From: Camelus dromedarius
Taxonomy: Eukaryota
Direction: 5' to 3'
Assembly (NCBI RefSeq): GCF_036321535.1
Contig: NC_087437.1
Span: 79,424,001-79,488,000 of the forward strand
Length of the DNA: 64,000 bases
A program made the position numbers and the translations under genes. How positions within the stretch are numbered: the first letter of the stretch is position 1; each line of letters starts with the position of its first letter. Shown one piece after another: positions 52,972 through 64,000 of the stretch. The notes beneath the pieces were generated by a model. That model did not search any database. It was not told where the DNA came from and saw nothing but the letters and a program-made list of their open reading frames with translations.

Positions 52972-54109
52972 GGGGGAGAGAAGCATGATGGCAGAGTAGA
53001 AGGACGCTTGTAGCTCAACCTCTCCCACAAATACACCAAAACTCACATCTATGGACCCACTCAGCCAACCAGAGCACCTGCTGAACTCCAACAGAACATC
53101 ACCCTCTTCAAAAGACAAAGACGCCAAAAATCTGGTAGGAGAAAAGGGAAAAAGAAAAAAGAAGAAACAAAACAGTGCGGGACTGGTGCTGCAGGGGAGG
53201 AGTGGCAAAGGAGGACTAGAGCTCATTCGCTAGGTCTCCCCCCTCCAACAGAGGTGCCAACGGGATGGAGGGGGAGCCTCCGAGGCTCAGATCTGCCCCA
53301 AGCACCCCCTTGACCGACAGAACTAAGTTAAATGGGCACAAAGGATCCCCGCGACACCCAGCCTGAGACACGAGCCGGCAGCTGGGGCCAGGACAGGCTG
53401 CCCGAGCTGGATGGAGGACTAGGGCAGCTGCACTGAGGCAGCCCCGGGCGACTGCAGGGTGCTGCGCACTGTGCTGGGAGGGGATACAGAGCAGAACAAC
53501 CTCGGTCCCCCATAAATCGTGAAAAAAAGCAAAGCAACACTGCTGGTGTACCCTTGGGGGAGGGGTGCTGTTGCCTCTGTCTCCTCAGACCCGCGGCTCC
53601 ATTACTCGTGCTTCTTGTGAGAAGAGAGGCAGGGCGCAACCACAGCCACCATATCCTCCTGTGTGCAGCGCTCGGCGGGGCCAGGGCTGAGCCCTGAATC
53701 CGCACCAGGGGGCTCCGCAACCTCCTGGGCAGGACTGAGACTTGTTTATAGCCCAAGGCAGATAGATAGGCTTTTTCTGCCCTGGCACCTCAGAGAACTC
53801 ATGCCACCAAGACAAACAAGGAGCTGAGTTTGGGCACGGAGCAGGGGCGGGGCAGTTCTGCCATCTTCCCCGAGTCCACCTACAGAGTGCAGACCTGAGG
53901 CGGATAGGGCAGCTGCACAGAGCAGCAGAGTGACCAGCGCCAGGAGAGGGTGGGCAGCCACCCGCCTTCTTGGCAGGAATGCAGCTCCTGACCACGGTGC
54001 TGGGAGGGGGTGCGATCCGCCCACCTGCCTCCCCTCAAGTGCAGTATCTGAATGCAGCATCGGGAGGGGGAGTGACCTGCCCACCCACCGGCCACAGTGC
54101 CAGGGAGAT
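52972..54109 (+). promoter_or_regulatory. L1 5'-UTR internal promoter region (CpG-rich)
   Basis: Most GC/CpG-rich segment of the window; YY1-like atgatggc close to the 5' end; ggggcgggg GC box near 53844. Confidence 0.65.
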
Positions 54110-55004
54110 ATGAGCAATATGAAGAAGCACAGGAACCACTCCCAATTAAAAGATCAAGAGAAATCCCCTGAAAGCACGTTCAAGGAAATAGACATTGATG
54201 GCCTACTATCAAGATTTCAAAAAAGGACTGATCAAAGTACTGAAGGAACTAAAAGAAATAGTGTTTAGAGATATAAAATATGTCAAAAGTGAAACAGAAG
54301 CTATAAAGAAGAACTAAGTAGAGTTAGTAAACTCATTTGCTGAGATGAGAGCTGACCTAAAGGCTGTCAAAGCAGGCTAGATAATGCAGAGGAACGAATA
54401 AGTGACCTAGAAGACAGGACAACAGAAAGCACCCGATCAGAACAACTGAGAGAAAAACAAAAAAAAACAATGAAAACAATATAAGGGACCTATGGGATAT
54501 ATAAAGCATGCCAATCTACACATAATAGGGGTTCCAGAAGGGAAGAAAGAACAAAGGGGATTGAAAAGGTCTTTGAAGAAATCATGACTGAAAACTTCCC
54601 AAACCTAAAGAAGGAATCATATCCAAGTACAGGAGGCTCAGAGGGTCCCAAACAGGAAGAACCCAAACAGACCCACACCAAGACATATCATAATCAAGAT
54701 GGCCAGAGTCAAGGAGAAAGAAATGATCCTAAAGGCAGCAAGAGAAAAGCAAAGAGTGAGCTACAAGGGAACCCCCGTAAGGCTCTAAGCTGATTTCTCT
54801 ACACAAACAATACAGGCCAGAAGGGAGTGGCAAGATATATTCAAGGTCCTGAATGAAAAAAAGATGCGGCCTAGGATACTCTATCCAGCAAGGCTATCTT
54901 TTAGAATAGAAGGAGAGATAAAGAACTTCACAGACAAGCAAAAACTACAAGAGTTTAGCAACACCAAACCCATGCTAAAAGAAATACTGACAGGTCTACT
55001 CTAA
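54110..55004 (+). pseudogene. L1 ORF1p (RNA-binding/chaperone) with frameshifts and stops
   Basis: MKKHRNHSQLKDQEKS...RLDNAEERISDLED...MTENFPNL...PTPRHIII...ADFS...ARREWQDIFKVL...RILYPARLSFRIEGEIKNFTDKQKLQEF...GLL* read across frames. Confidence 0.9.
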
Positions 55005-57229
55005 ATAGAAAAGAAGCAGGATGCTACAAAAATGAGAAACTCATAACTGGAAAGGAGATAACTGTCATGAATTGCAAAAAGAATAAACACAAAATTGTAA
55101 AAGAAGACATCTAAATCATTAAGAGTGGGAGAGGAAAGCAAGGAAAGCCACTGTGGAAAACAGTATGGAGATTCCTCAAAAGACTAGGAATAGACTTACC
55201 ATATGACCCAGGAATCCCACTCCTGGGCATAAATCCAGAAGGAACCCTACTTGAAAATGGCACCTGCACCCCGATGTTCATAGCAGCACTATTTACAATA
55301 GCCAAGACATGGAAACAGTCTAAATGTCCATCAACAGATGACTGGATAAAGAAGTGGTATATTTATACAATGGAATACTATTCAGCCATAAAAACCGACA
55401 ACATAATGCCATTTGTAGCAACATGGATGTTCCTGGAGAATGTCATTCAGAGTGAAGTAAGCCACAAAGAGAAAGAAAAATACCATATGAGATCACTCTT
55501 ATGTGGAATCTTAAAATAAAAAATACAAAACAGAAACAGACTCATAGACATAGAATACAAACTTGTGGTTGCCAAGGGGGAGGGGGTTCGGAAGGGACAG
55601 ACTGGGATTTTAAAATGTAGAACAGATGTACAAGATTATATTGTATAGCACAGGGAAATATATACAAGATCTTGTGGTAGCTCACAGAGAAAAAAAATGT
55701 GACAATTAATAGATGTATGTTCATGTATAACTGAAAAATTGTGCTCTACACTGGAATTTGACACAACATTATAAAATTATTACTCATTTAAAAATGTTAA
55801 AAAAATTAAAAAGTTACTTCTTTTGTCTGATTTGATGTTTTTTATCAGGAGGTCAAATTTGTATGATATTACTATCTTGATCCAGGATTTTGTCTTAATT
55901 TTTGTACTTGTTTATTGTGTCTATGAACAGTATTTATATTCAGCCTTCTCAAGACAATTTGTTTTTGGTAAATCTCTTATAATTTCATGTATTTTTAAGA
56001 CACATTCCAAATACTTTCCTTTTCAAGGATACACTTATTTATTAAGTCTTATATCTCTTAACTGGCTTTAAGCTTTCTGTATTTTACTTTTTAGATTTCT
56101 TCTGTTTCCTTTTTTTCCTTTTTTATTTTTCTTCAGGTAAGCTTTCAACAACTATATTTTTCCCACCTAACCCTGTAACTGGAGAAAAGTAGCTGCTTTT
56201 AGTTTTTTTGCCCTAGTTTTTAGTTATCTAAACTCTGAAAGTGCTTATATCTACTATATATCTCACCTTTACCAATAAAACAATATATATTATACTTAAA
56301 TTTTTCATTTCTTTTTTTCTCAATTCTCAGCTCTGTAAGTATGCTATGAGAGTTTTTAGTTTTTTTGTAATAAACAAACTTTTAGATATTAATAAAATAT
56401 TGTCACTGCATCGAACTTTAAAAATTATAAACTTTAATAAAGTTTTAAATTTAATTCAAATTAGATTTCTATTTATTACAATTTTAAAATATAGTCATGC
56501 ACAACCAGCATTCCACTCACACAATTTCCTCTCCAATTAAGAGTTCCCTTTTTAGATTAAAGTGCAGTCACATTTTACATATGGTTAAATTCTACTGACA
56601 GCATGTAGGATGTAAATTGATCTCAGTCAAATTGCTATTGAAAAATCCTTTAAATTACAGAATCATGAGGAATATATATTCCATCATCTCCTGTATATAC
56701 CCTAGTTATTACTAGGACTGTATGTGTTATATAAGAGCTTCATTTATGAAACAGATTCAGTTTTATCCTAATGTAATAGTATTTACTGAGATGTTTGACC
56801 AATAGTTTTAAAAGCTATTTTAAAAAAATTTCTAAGTAATGAACTTCTGTATTTTAAAGATTGAGGATATTATTATTACATTACATACTGAAATTTCTGT
56901 AAGGATGGATAAGAATTACTTTTCCCCTCTGGTTTTGATAAAAGAGTTGTAATTCTAAGTGATATTTCAGGTATTAATACACTGTGAATCATATAACCAA
57001 TCATGAAACTCTCTTGTCCACTTGGATTGTATAGTCAAATTTATATGGCATGCTATGTCCAAATACACACTTTTATCTTTATCTCTTTTTGACATTTTTT
57101 TTTATGTGAGATGCCAGATTTCTCATTTGCAAACTGTATTCATTTTGGTTGTCATCTCCCTTACAAACTTTGTAAATCAAACTTATTTGCAAATAAGGTG
57201 CAGTACAAATTAATAGTAATAATGAACAT

Positions 57230-57900
57230 CTTTTAGGTACACATCACAGTGAGAGGCAAAATTACAGAAAGAAATCCAAGCAGTGTAAGATTAAGCATAA
57301 AATAAAGGTGTTAAGTGATATTGAAATGTAATAGAGGTATAGTTCAGACTGTGCTGAAACAGGCAGGAAAGACTTCATGGAGGAAGTAGGATTTAAGTTT
57401 GGTACTGAGTGACTGATCAGCCTTAAATAGAAAGAGAAGTGGGGAAAGTATCTTTTCATTAGAAAAACATGCAAAGGAGGAAATTAGAAAGGCACACATA
57501 AAGACTGGTGAAAGAGATCATCCAACTGGAATAAAAGTTCCTGAAAATAAAGAAGGTAGTAAAGGTACAACAGGTATTGGGACAAGAAAATATCCAGATA
57601 TTGCTATCAATTAACAGCGATGAACTTTGTCCTGGGGGCACATGGGTGTCATTGGTAGTTGATAGAAAGAAAACTGACATCAATGAAACTAGTTAAAGAA
57701 AAACTTATCTTGTAATAATGTCTAAAATAGATTAGAAGAGGTTGTGGAGATAAGGAAATCCATTAGGAAACTATTGTAATAATTCAGGCATGACATGTAA
57801 CACAGAATATAAATATTTAATACATGTTCATTCAATAAATTAATGGCTGAAATAAAAGGGTAAGAGGAAAGGAAACACGATTTACTAAGATGGATGTGAA
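57230..57900 (-). mobile_element. Degenerate L2 fragment
   Basis: caggaaagacttcatggaggaagtaggatttaagtt...cattaggaaactattgtaataattcaggcatga. Confidence 0.6.
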
Positions 57901-58676
57901 AATAATCTCAAATGATGAATTGACAGAATTGGAAATTAACTGCAAAAGAAGGTGGAGGAACAACTAGAAATTCAATTCAGACACTCGTAGTGTTACAAAA
58001 ACTGGAAACACAAAAATAGTAACACCTTTACTCAAGATGACCAATGTGATTTTAATTATACTGAATTTGAAGTAAAAAAAATCTAGGTAGACATATTAAA
58101 GTATATTCAGAATGCAAGATTACAAAGTAGAGATCTTTTTGTTTGTTTCATTCACTGATTCATCCCAAGTACTTAAAAAAGTACATGGCACATAATAAGC
58201 ACTTAATATATATTTCTTGAATTGAATTGAAATATTTAGGTAAATGTGATGACTGAAGATCACAACAGACTTTATGTCTGGTGATAGTGATGTACATTAT
58301 CTATATAAAAATAATCTTGAAGGAGTTTTCTGGAGGTGTCCATAAAATATACAATGTAATTTAAATAGTGCACATTTATTGCAAACATGATTTATACCTG
58401 GAATTTACTATGACCTTACTTGGATTATCTTATTAAATATCAATAATATTTGAACAGAGATTGGATTCACCATGAACCCATATGGTAAAATAAAAGTTCA
58501 CATGAAAAAGAACCCATTTAACCTTATACTTTGATGGGATATTGTGTATGTAACTTTTCTACTCTTCTGTTTCAAAAATATTTTGGTATCTGTTAGGTAT
58601 TATCTGTGTCATAAATATTTTCCTTAGAAGCATGATATAAACTGAAAATAGAGATCAATTCAGAGCAGAGAGTCTG

Positions 58677-59166
58677 CTAATTTGAAAAGATGTATGCACC
58701 CCAATGTTCATAGCCAAGACATGGAAGCAACCTAAATGTCCATCGACAGATGACTGGATAAAGAAGTTGTGGAACAGTTATACAGTGGAATACTACTCAG
58801 CCATACATAAAAAAGAATAAAATGCCATTTGCAGCAACATGGATGGACCTGGATATTATCATACTAAGTGAAGCAAGCCAGAAAGAGAAAAAAATACCAT
58901 ATGATATCACTTATATGTGGAATTAAAAAAAAAAAAAGGAGACAGATGAACTTACTTACAAAACAGAAACAGACTCACAGACATAGAAAACAAGCTTATG
59001 GTTACCAGGGGGAAAAGGGGAGGGTAGAAGGATAAATTGGGAGCTCAGGATCTGCAGATACTAACTACTATATATAAAATAGATAAACAGCAAGATCCTA
59101 CTGTATAGCACAGGGAACTATATTCAATACCTCTTAATGGCCTATCATGAAAAAGAATATGATAAG

Positions 59167-59206
<40 letters not shown>

Positions 59207-59305
59207 TTATATACACACACACACACACAAATATATGTGTAACTGAATCACTATGCTGTACACCAGAAACTAACACATCATAAACCTATACTTTTATAAG
59301 AAAAA
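58677..59305 (+). mobile_element. 5'-truncated L1 3' end with internal (TA)n(CA)n microsatellite
   Basis: ORF2 end and 3' UTR; microsatellite 59169-59229; degenerate TSD agagcagagagtctg (58662-58676) / aaagcaaagaatctg (59306-59320), 12/15. Confidence 0.9.
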
Positions 59306-60539
59306 AAAGCAAAGAATCTGAGGAGTTACATAGGTTTCTCTTCTCACTATAGTTAAATAGAAAATAACTCACTGACTGTATTAGATTCTTTTAGCATTCA
59401 CTATATTACTGAAAAAATTTGGTATAGACACTCATAGTAGTTGTTTGCCAATCTATAGAACAAAAGCAGAAAGAAAAAGGGATAATTTCACTTCATCAAA
59501 AAATAAGATATATGAGCAAATTTTTTTCTTGTTTTTTCTCATAATAACTCACATGTGATCTGGGAAGTATTCATGAGGTCTATAAATTGCAATTATGTCA
59601 TTTTTATACTTTCTGGAAAAGGGAAAAATAAAGAGGAGATCTGATACTGCTACTGCTGTGTTAACAATTTACATTTAAAATTATATACTAACCACTTTTC
59701 CATGATGTTTTATTGATTTTCTTTTGGTTCAACTTCAGTGATTAAATGAGACAAAACATATGGTACTGAGGTTTCTCACTGATGTTTTCATCAAGACTGG
59801 ATACAATACAAATGGTACAGTATCTTGTAGCTTGCATAAAAGCCCTGATTTTATGAGGTGGTTGTTTATTTATTTATTTTTCTTTTAAGGGTTGGTTTCT
59901 TTAACTTGTTGCTCAGTATTTGTCATGTCAGTACAAAAGTGATGTTCTTACATTCTCATCTCTTCACATATGATAAATAATCAAAATATATATATTTAAG
60001 AAAACAGCACTTAAGTCATTGTATTTCCTAGAAACAATAGATTGTAATCTAGAGAGAGAGAGACAGGCAGACAGAGACAGGGAAAAGAAGAAAAAAATTA
60101 AAAGAAAAAAAATTCTTTGCAAGAACATGACTCTGTGAATTGTTTCATGGCCCCAAATAAAAAGGAAATTGCCTGGGGGACGGTAATTCTGTGTGTCTAT
60201 CAGAGATTTTGAGAGCTAATTCAGGATCACTTCAACATCCATAAAATGTGACCAATACAGGTCTGAATTGCCAGCTCTCAGTTATCATGTCTTAATGCTG
60301 GAGTTGTTGTTAATACTAAGAGTTCAAAAAAAAAAAAAAAAAGTCAACTTAACAATTACAGATTTTCTTTTGATTATCTATGCCTACAATATTCAATTCT
60401 GGCCAAAAGTTAAATATAAGCAAGGGTTTACCATGTATAAAATAATATAAATTTGAATACAGCATACTGATCTCTCTGCCTCTAGCTTCTGTTTCCTCTA
60501 ATTCTGAAGTCCTCTTCTAGTTAATGCCTACTCATATAT

Positions 60540-61130
60540 ATGACATTTTCCTATTGGCCCCTGGGTTAAATAGAGGCCTGCATTGCCTAAACTCCCTTTC
60601 CTGTTGGGTTCCTGGTTGGATTTGGCCCAAAGGGCAACTTGTAGGAGATTTGAGAAATGAAGGTAAGGTAACAGCATTGCCCTCTAAATGCCCTTTTGTG
60701 GTCATGTAGATGGTGCAGAGATGCAGAGGTACCTGGTGGGTTCCACCTTCTTCTTGCTCTCCTTCACTCAGTGTCCAGCTCTCCCACCCAACTGCTGACA
60801 ACCTGATAACTACCAGTGGTCCCAGACCAAAACAGAGGCAGAAGTTCCACAGAAACAATAGTTTTCTCTGAAATTCTTTAGGAATTTACCTGCCCAGCTT
60901 TCTTATAAGACAGGGTTTTCTTGGCTTCTCAAATTTCTCTGAAGACTTTAACTAATTCACCCAAGAAAGTACTTAGGTAGAAATTAGTGGGATTTGTTTT
61001 CTGATTCTTCCAACCTTCAATTCCCTTACTTCCACCTCATGACTTTGTCAGGTTTAATACCTATACTAAATCCCTTATTCCAAAACCATTTTAATGACTC
61101 TGCTTCCCTAGCTGAACCCCAACTGATACA
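60540..61130 (+). mobile_element. Old ERVL LTR (LTR33/LTR41-group-like)
   Basis: gggttcctggttggatttggcc...ggagatt and 3' end ctctgcttccctagctgaaccccaactgataca. Confidence 0.6.
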
Positions 61131-61134
61131 TTAT

Positions 61135-61497
61135 CTTTTAGATTTCAACTCAAATGTCATTCCCTTAAGGGAAATTTCCTAGGGAAATGTTTCCTCAATG
61201 GTTCCCTCCCCTTACATCCCCTAGACTAGATTAGGTACTCTCCCAAATATTCTTTAGCTTCCAGTACCCTGGTACTTTGCTTCAGAATCTATCACCCTTT
61301 TCAATTATAGGTCTCTATCTACTGAGCTATCCATCCATACATTTATATATTATTTTCTGTCTCCAACAGTAAACTATAAGAAATCTGGGGACAGAAAAAT
61401 ATTTGATTTGTTCTTCATTATATTTGTAACTGTTAGGCACAGTGCTTGGCCTAGAACAGGCACTCAATACACACTTATTAAATAAATGAATAAATAC
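61135..61497 (+). mobile_element. L2 3' end
   Basis: ttcaactcaaatgtcattccc...gcacagtgcttggcctagaacaggcactcaata...aataaatgaataaat. Confidence 0.75.
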
Positions 61498-62016
61498 AGA
61501 ACTCATATTTTATGTGGCTATATATGTATGCATATACACATATATATTCAGCCATATAAATATTGCTCAAACTTAATTGAGAAACTAAACTGCAATAATT
61601 GTATCCAACTGAAAACATTCATCACATTGGGAAGCATGACTTTTTTCTTCGACAGAGACAGTGATGTAACACGGGCATTAGGTGCAGCTACACAGATTGA
61701 CACAACTTCATGGGTAACATTTGTGCAGCCTGGGATATGAATGATGCACCCTAAGTTCTACAACACACGGGCTTTCATTGTAAATGCTGGAGGCTAAGAA
61801 TCTATTCACACCAGTTGTTAATTTCTGATGCTATTTATTCATGTCAATGAGATTTTAACACTTTTTTCTTGAAATCATATATCAATATAATATGTTAATG
61901 AAAAGCCTTTGAATTAATAGAAAAACATGATTTACATGTGTATATGAATACTAATATTTCCAAATGACAGAAATTAGTCCAATTTCTTCAAGCAAACCAC
62001 AAGTTCATATAGTAAA

Positions 62017-62460
62017 TGTATCAGTCAGTCAATCACGGATATAGAAAGGACTAGAGGTATTTCAAACAGGAAGGGATTTAACACTGTAAATGAGAGTTTT
62101 GCATAGTTATTGGAAGAGCTAGGGCAGTGAAGATGAGGAAGCTCCAAGGAGATTTCACAAAACTAGCAAAGGTGATTGTAGAAAATTGCCACTGATGTTC
62201 TCAATAACCTACAGCAACAAAGTACATGACTCTCCGGAGGACACTTGGAAGTTGCCGGCAAAAACTCATAAGTGGCATCTGCCAAAGCCACGTGCCTGCT
62301 CACAGCTACGGGCTGAAGAATAATTACTTCTGCTTTTCTTTCATTTCCCAGTTTGAGAGTATCTCTCATGGGTGGAAATAACCATACCGGTGGGAGATAA
62401 TGGGAAACCCAGTTTCCAAATTCTAGCTCCTGTCATGCAAGGGAAACCTGAAAAGGGGAG
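62017..62460 (-). mobile_element. Old ERVL-class LTR
   Basis: Begins tgtatcagtcag (reverse complement of ctgactgataca LTR end), then aggtatttcaaacaggaagggatttaa. Confidence 0.55.
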
Positions 62461-63839
62461 GTGGTTATATTTGATATAGAAATTCATTCAGAGGTATTTT
62501 ACCTCCTCAAACCTCAACCCACAATTTTTTTCCCTCCTAATATTGTTTCTTGGTCTATTGGTAAAATTTAAGGCTCTTGCAAAAGTAATGATACAATTTG
62601 ATCTTGTCATGTATGCCATTTTATTCTTAAATAATAACCAACTTTTCTAATTATTCTCTTGAAGGAAAGTTATAATACCTATATAGAGATCTGAAGCAGC
62701 ATGTGTGAAAAACATCTGAAAAAAAATTAAAGTTTCTGGACAGATGTTATAAGAGTCTTGTAGAAAAAGCTATCAGCATTACAATCCCACTTCTAATTTA
62801 CTTTACATCAGGCATTTAAATTTATTATCTTTAGGCCATATGTTCCAAATGGAGCTTGGTTCTATATTCATGAATCAGTTGACAATGAATAGTTAAGTTC
62901 TGCTAATTCAGAAAGGTGAAGTTGAGTGAGTTAATTTAAATGGCAGAATATTTGTAACTACAAATTCTACATACCATCAGAAAACTTCCAAAAAAGACCT
63001 GCCATATGTTTTAAACTGTGATGGAAATGGTTTGGAAGAAAAAAAAGCTGCAGCTTTTATGCAGTTATACTTGAGAATATCTTAGCATTTCCATTAAAAT
63101 TCTATTTTGAGGTTTTTAAACTTGGCTCCAAAACTCACTGTAGATTGAAATTTAACATGTGAAATCTAAGGGAATATTAAGTAACAGAATATTTTAAAAT
63201 AAAATATTTTCCACATTTTATAGTTCTTTAATACCTTAGCAGTACAGTTAGGTTAAAATTATTTAAAGAAAAATTTGTGCCACAGGGACAACTGCCTATG
63301 GCTCACTCAGGTGTGATAACACTCTGCCGAGTATGCAGTCACAGTCTCTGTAAACACGGACTGTTTGCTGGAAAGAACAAAAATGCCAACAGGTAGAACA
63401 ATGAGGGCTGATAGGCAGCATGTCCTGTACTTCAAAGACCTCAATTCAAAAGTCAAGGGTATGTCCCAGATTCTCTGGAAAGTAGCCCAAGAACAAGCAG
63501 TGTATTATGAGTGTATTCGACAGTAGGTGCTAAAATACTTAAACAGAACCTGAAGATATAAACTAGAGAACTGCAGCTTGAAAAAGTCAGTGAAGATAAT
63601 TTGAACAATATCCTTGTCATTTCTGATGGAAAGCATGGTTCCCTCCCCAGACACCCATGCCAGTCAGAGTCAGTATGAATTATCAGCTCACAAGGCTCGC
63701 AGGGTAGACCCTATTCCTGTCTACAGCACGGTTCCAGGAACACCGTTCCTAGAGGAACACTGCTTACCCTACTAGGGCTTAATCTGGACTGCAGGGATAA
63801 TGCAGGTAAGTGGAGAGCTTTTGCATTCTGTCAAAGTCA

Positions 63840-63990
63840 CAATGGAATCAAACAAAATGGATTTGAGCCCTTAGTTCGGTCATTTTCAGCCTGTGTGAAC
63901 TTGGGCAACACATTAACCTCTCTGAAATCCAACTTGCTACTCTATAAAATGGGGTGATAAAGTAAACCTCACAAGTTTTAAAATAATCCT
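63840..63990 (+). mobile_element. MIR SINE
   Basis: ctgtgtgaacttgggcaacacattaacctctctgaaatcc...ctataaaatggggtgataa. Confidence 0.8.
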
Positions 63991-64000
63991 AAACTAGATA

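Larger units (their letters stand above)
52972..55800 (+). mobile_element. ORF2-deleted L1 derivative with intact ends (HAL1-like architecture), 2.83 kb
   Basis: TSD aacaattaaaaagtt (52957-52971) / aaaaattaaaaagtt (55801-55815). G-run 5' end, GC/CpG-rich 5' UTR to ~54109, ORF1, ~140 nt spacer, direct jump at ~55146 to ORF2 C-terminus ([11 protein letters not shown]), then 3' UTR and A-tail. Confidence 0.92.

Noticed and set aside
53051..54268. Cluster of overlapping 60-142 aa ORFs, including antisense ones (ORF0-like?)
   Set aside because: Expected in a GC-rich L1 5' UTR with few stop codons. No homology evidence; L1 ORF0 is described for primates.
1..59320. L1 orientation mostly minus left of 26 kb and mostly plus to the right
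   Set aside because: Too few elements, with exceptions (4520, 35985), to infer transcription direction or an inversion.
61158..61195. Adjacent short palindromes (ttcccttaagggaa, tttcctagggaaa)
   Set aside because: Lie within an L2 remnant and are short; no functional support.

Overview
AT-rich placental-mammal genomic DNA, intergenic or inside a very large intron. The L1 3'-UTR types and the lack of recognisable Alu, B1, Bov-A/tA, PRE-1 or Can-SINE copies suggest a camelid-like cetartiodactyl (inference). I find no convincing host protein-coding gene, RNA gene or CRISPR. The ORF-track entries are either L1 ORF1/ORF2 debris or chance ORFs. The window is a mosaic of old repeats (L2, MIR, L1M, MLT, MER21, LTR40, LTR78-like, hAT MERs) and younger L1 insertions with readable target-site duplications (TSDs). 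Most notable: (1) a 2.8-kb TSD-flanked L1 derivative with complete 5' and 3' ends and ORF1 but no endonuclease/RT (HAL1-like architecture, 52972-55800); (2) a three-segment, doubly rearranged L1 insertion (34136-35411); (3) a 42-bp-arm inverted repeat in unique DNA (37323-37447); (4) a candidate frame-preserving 33-nt small exon inside a block that looks conserved (46600-46632). Repeat family names come from memory of consensus sequences, not from a database search.
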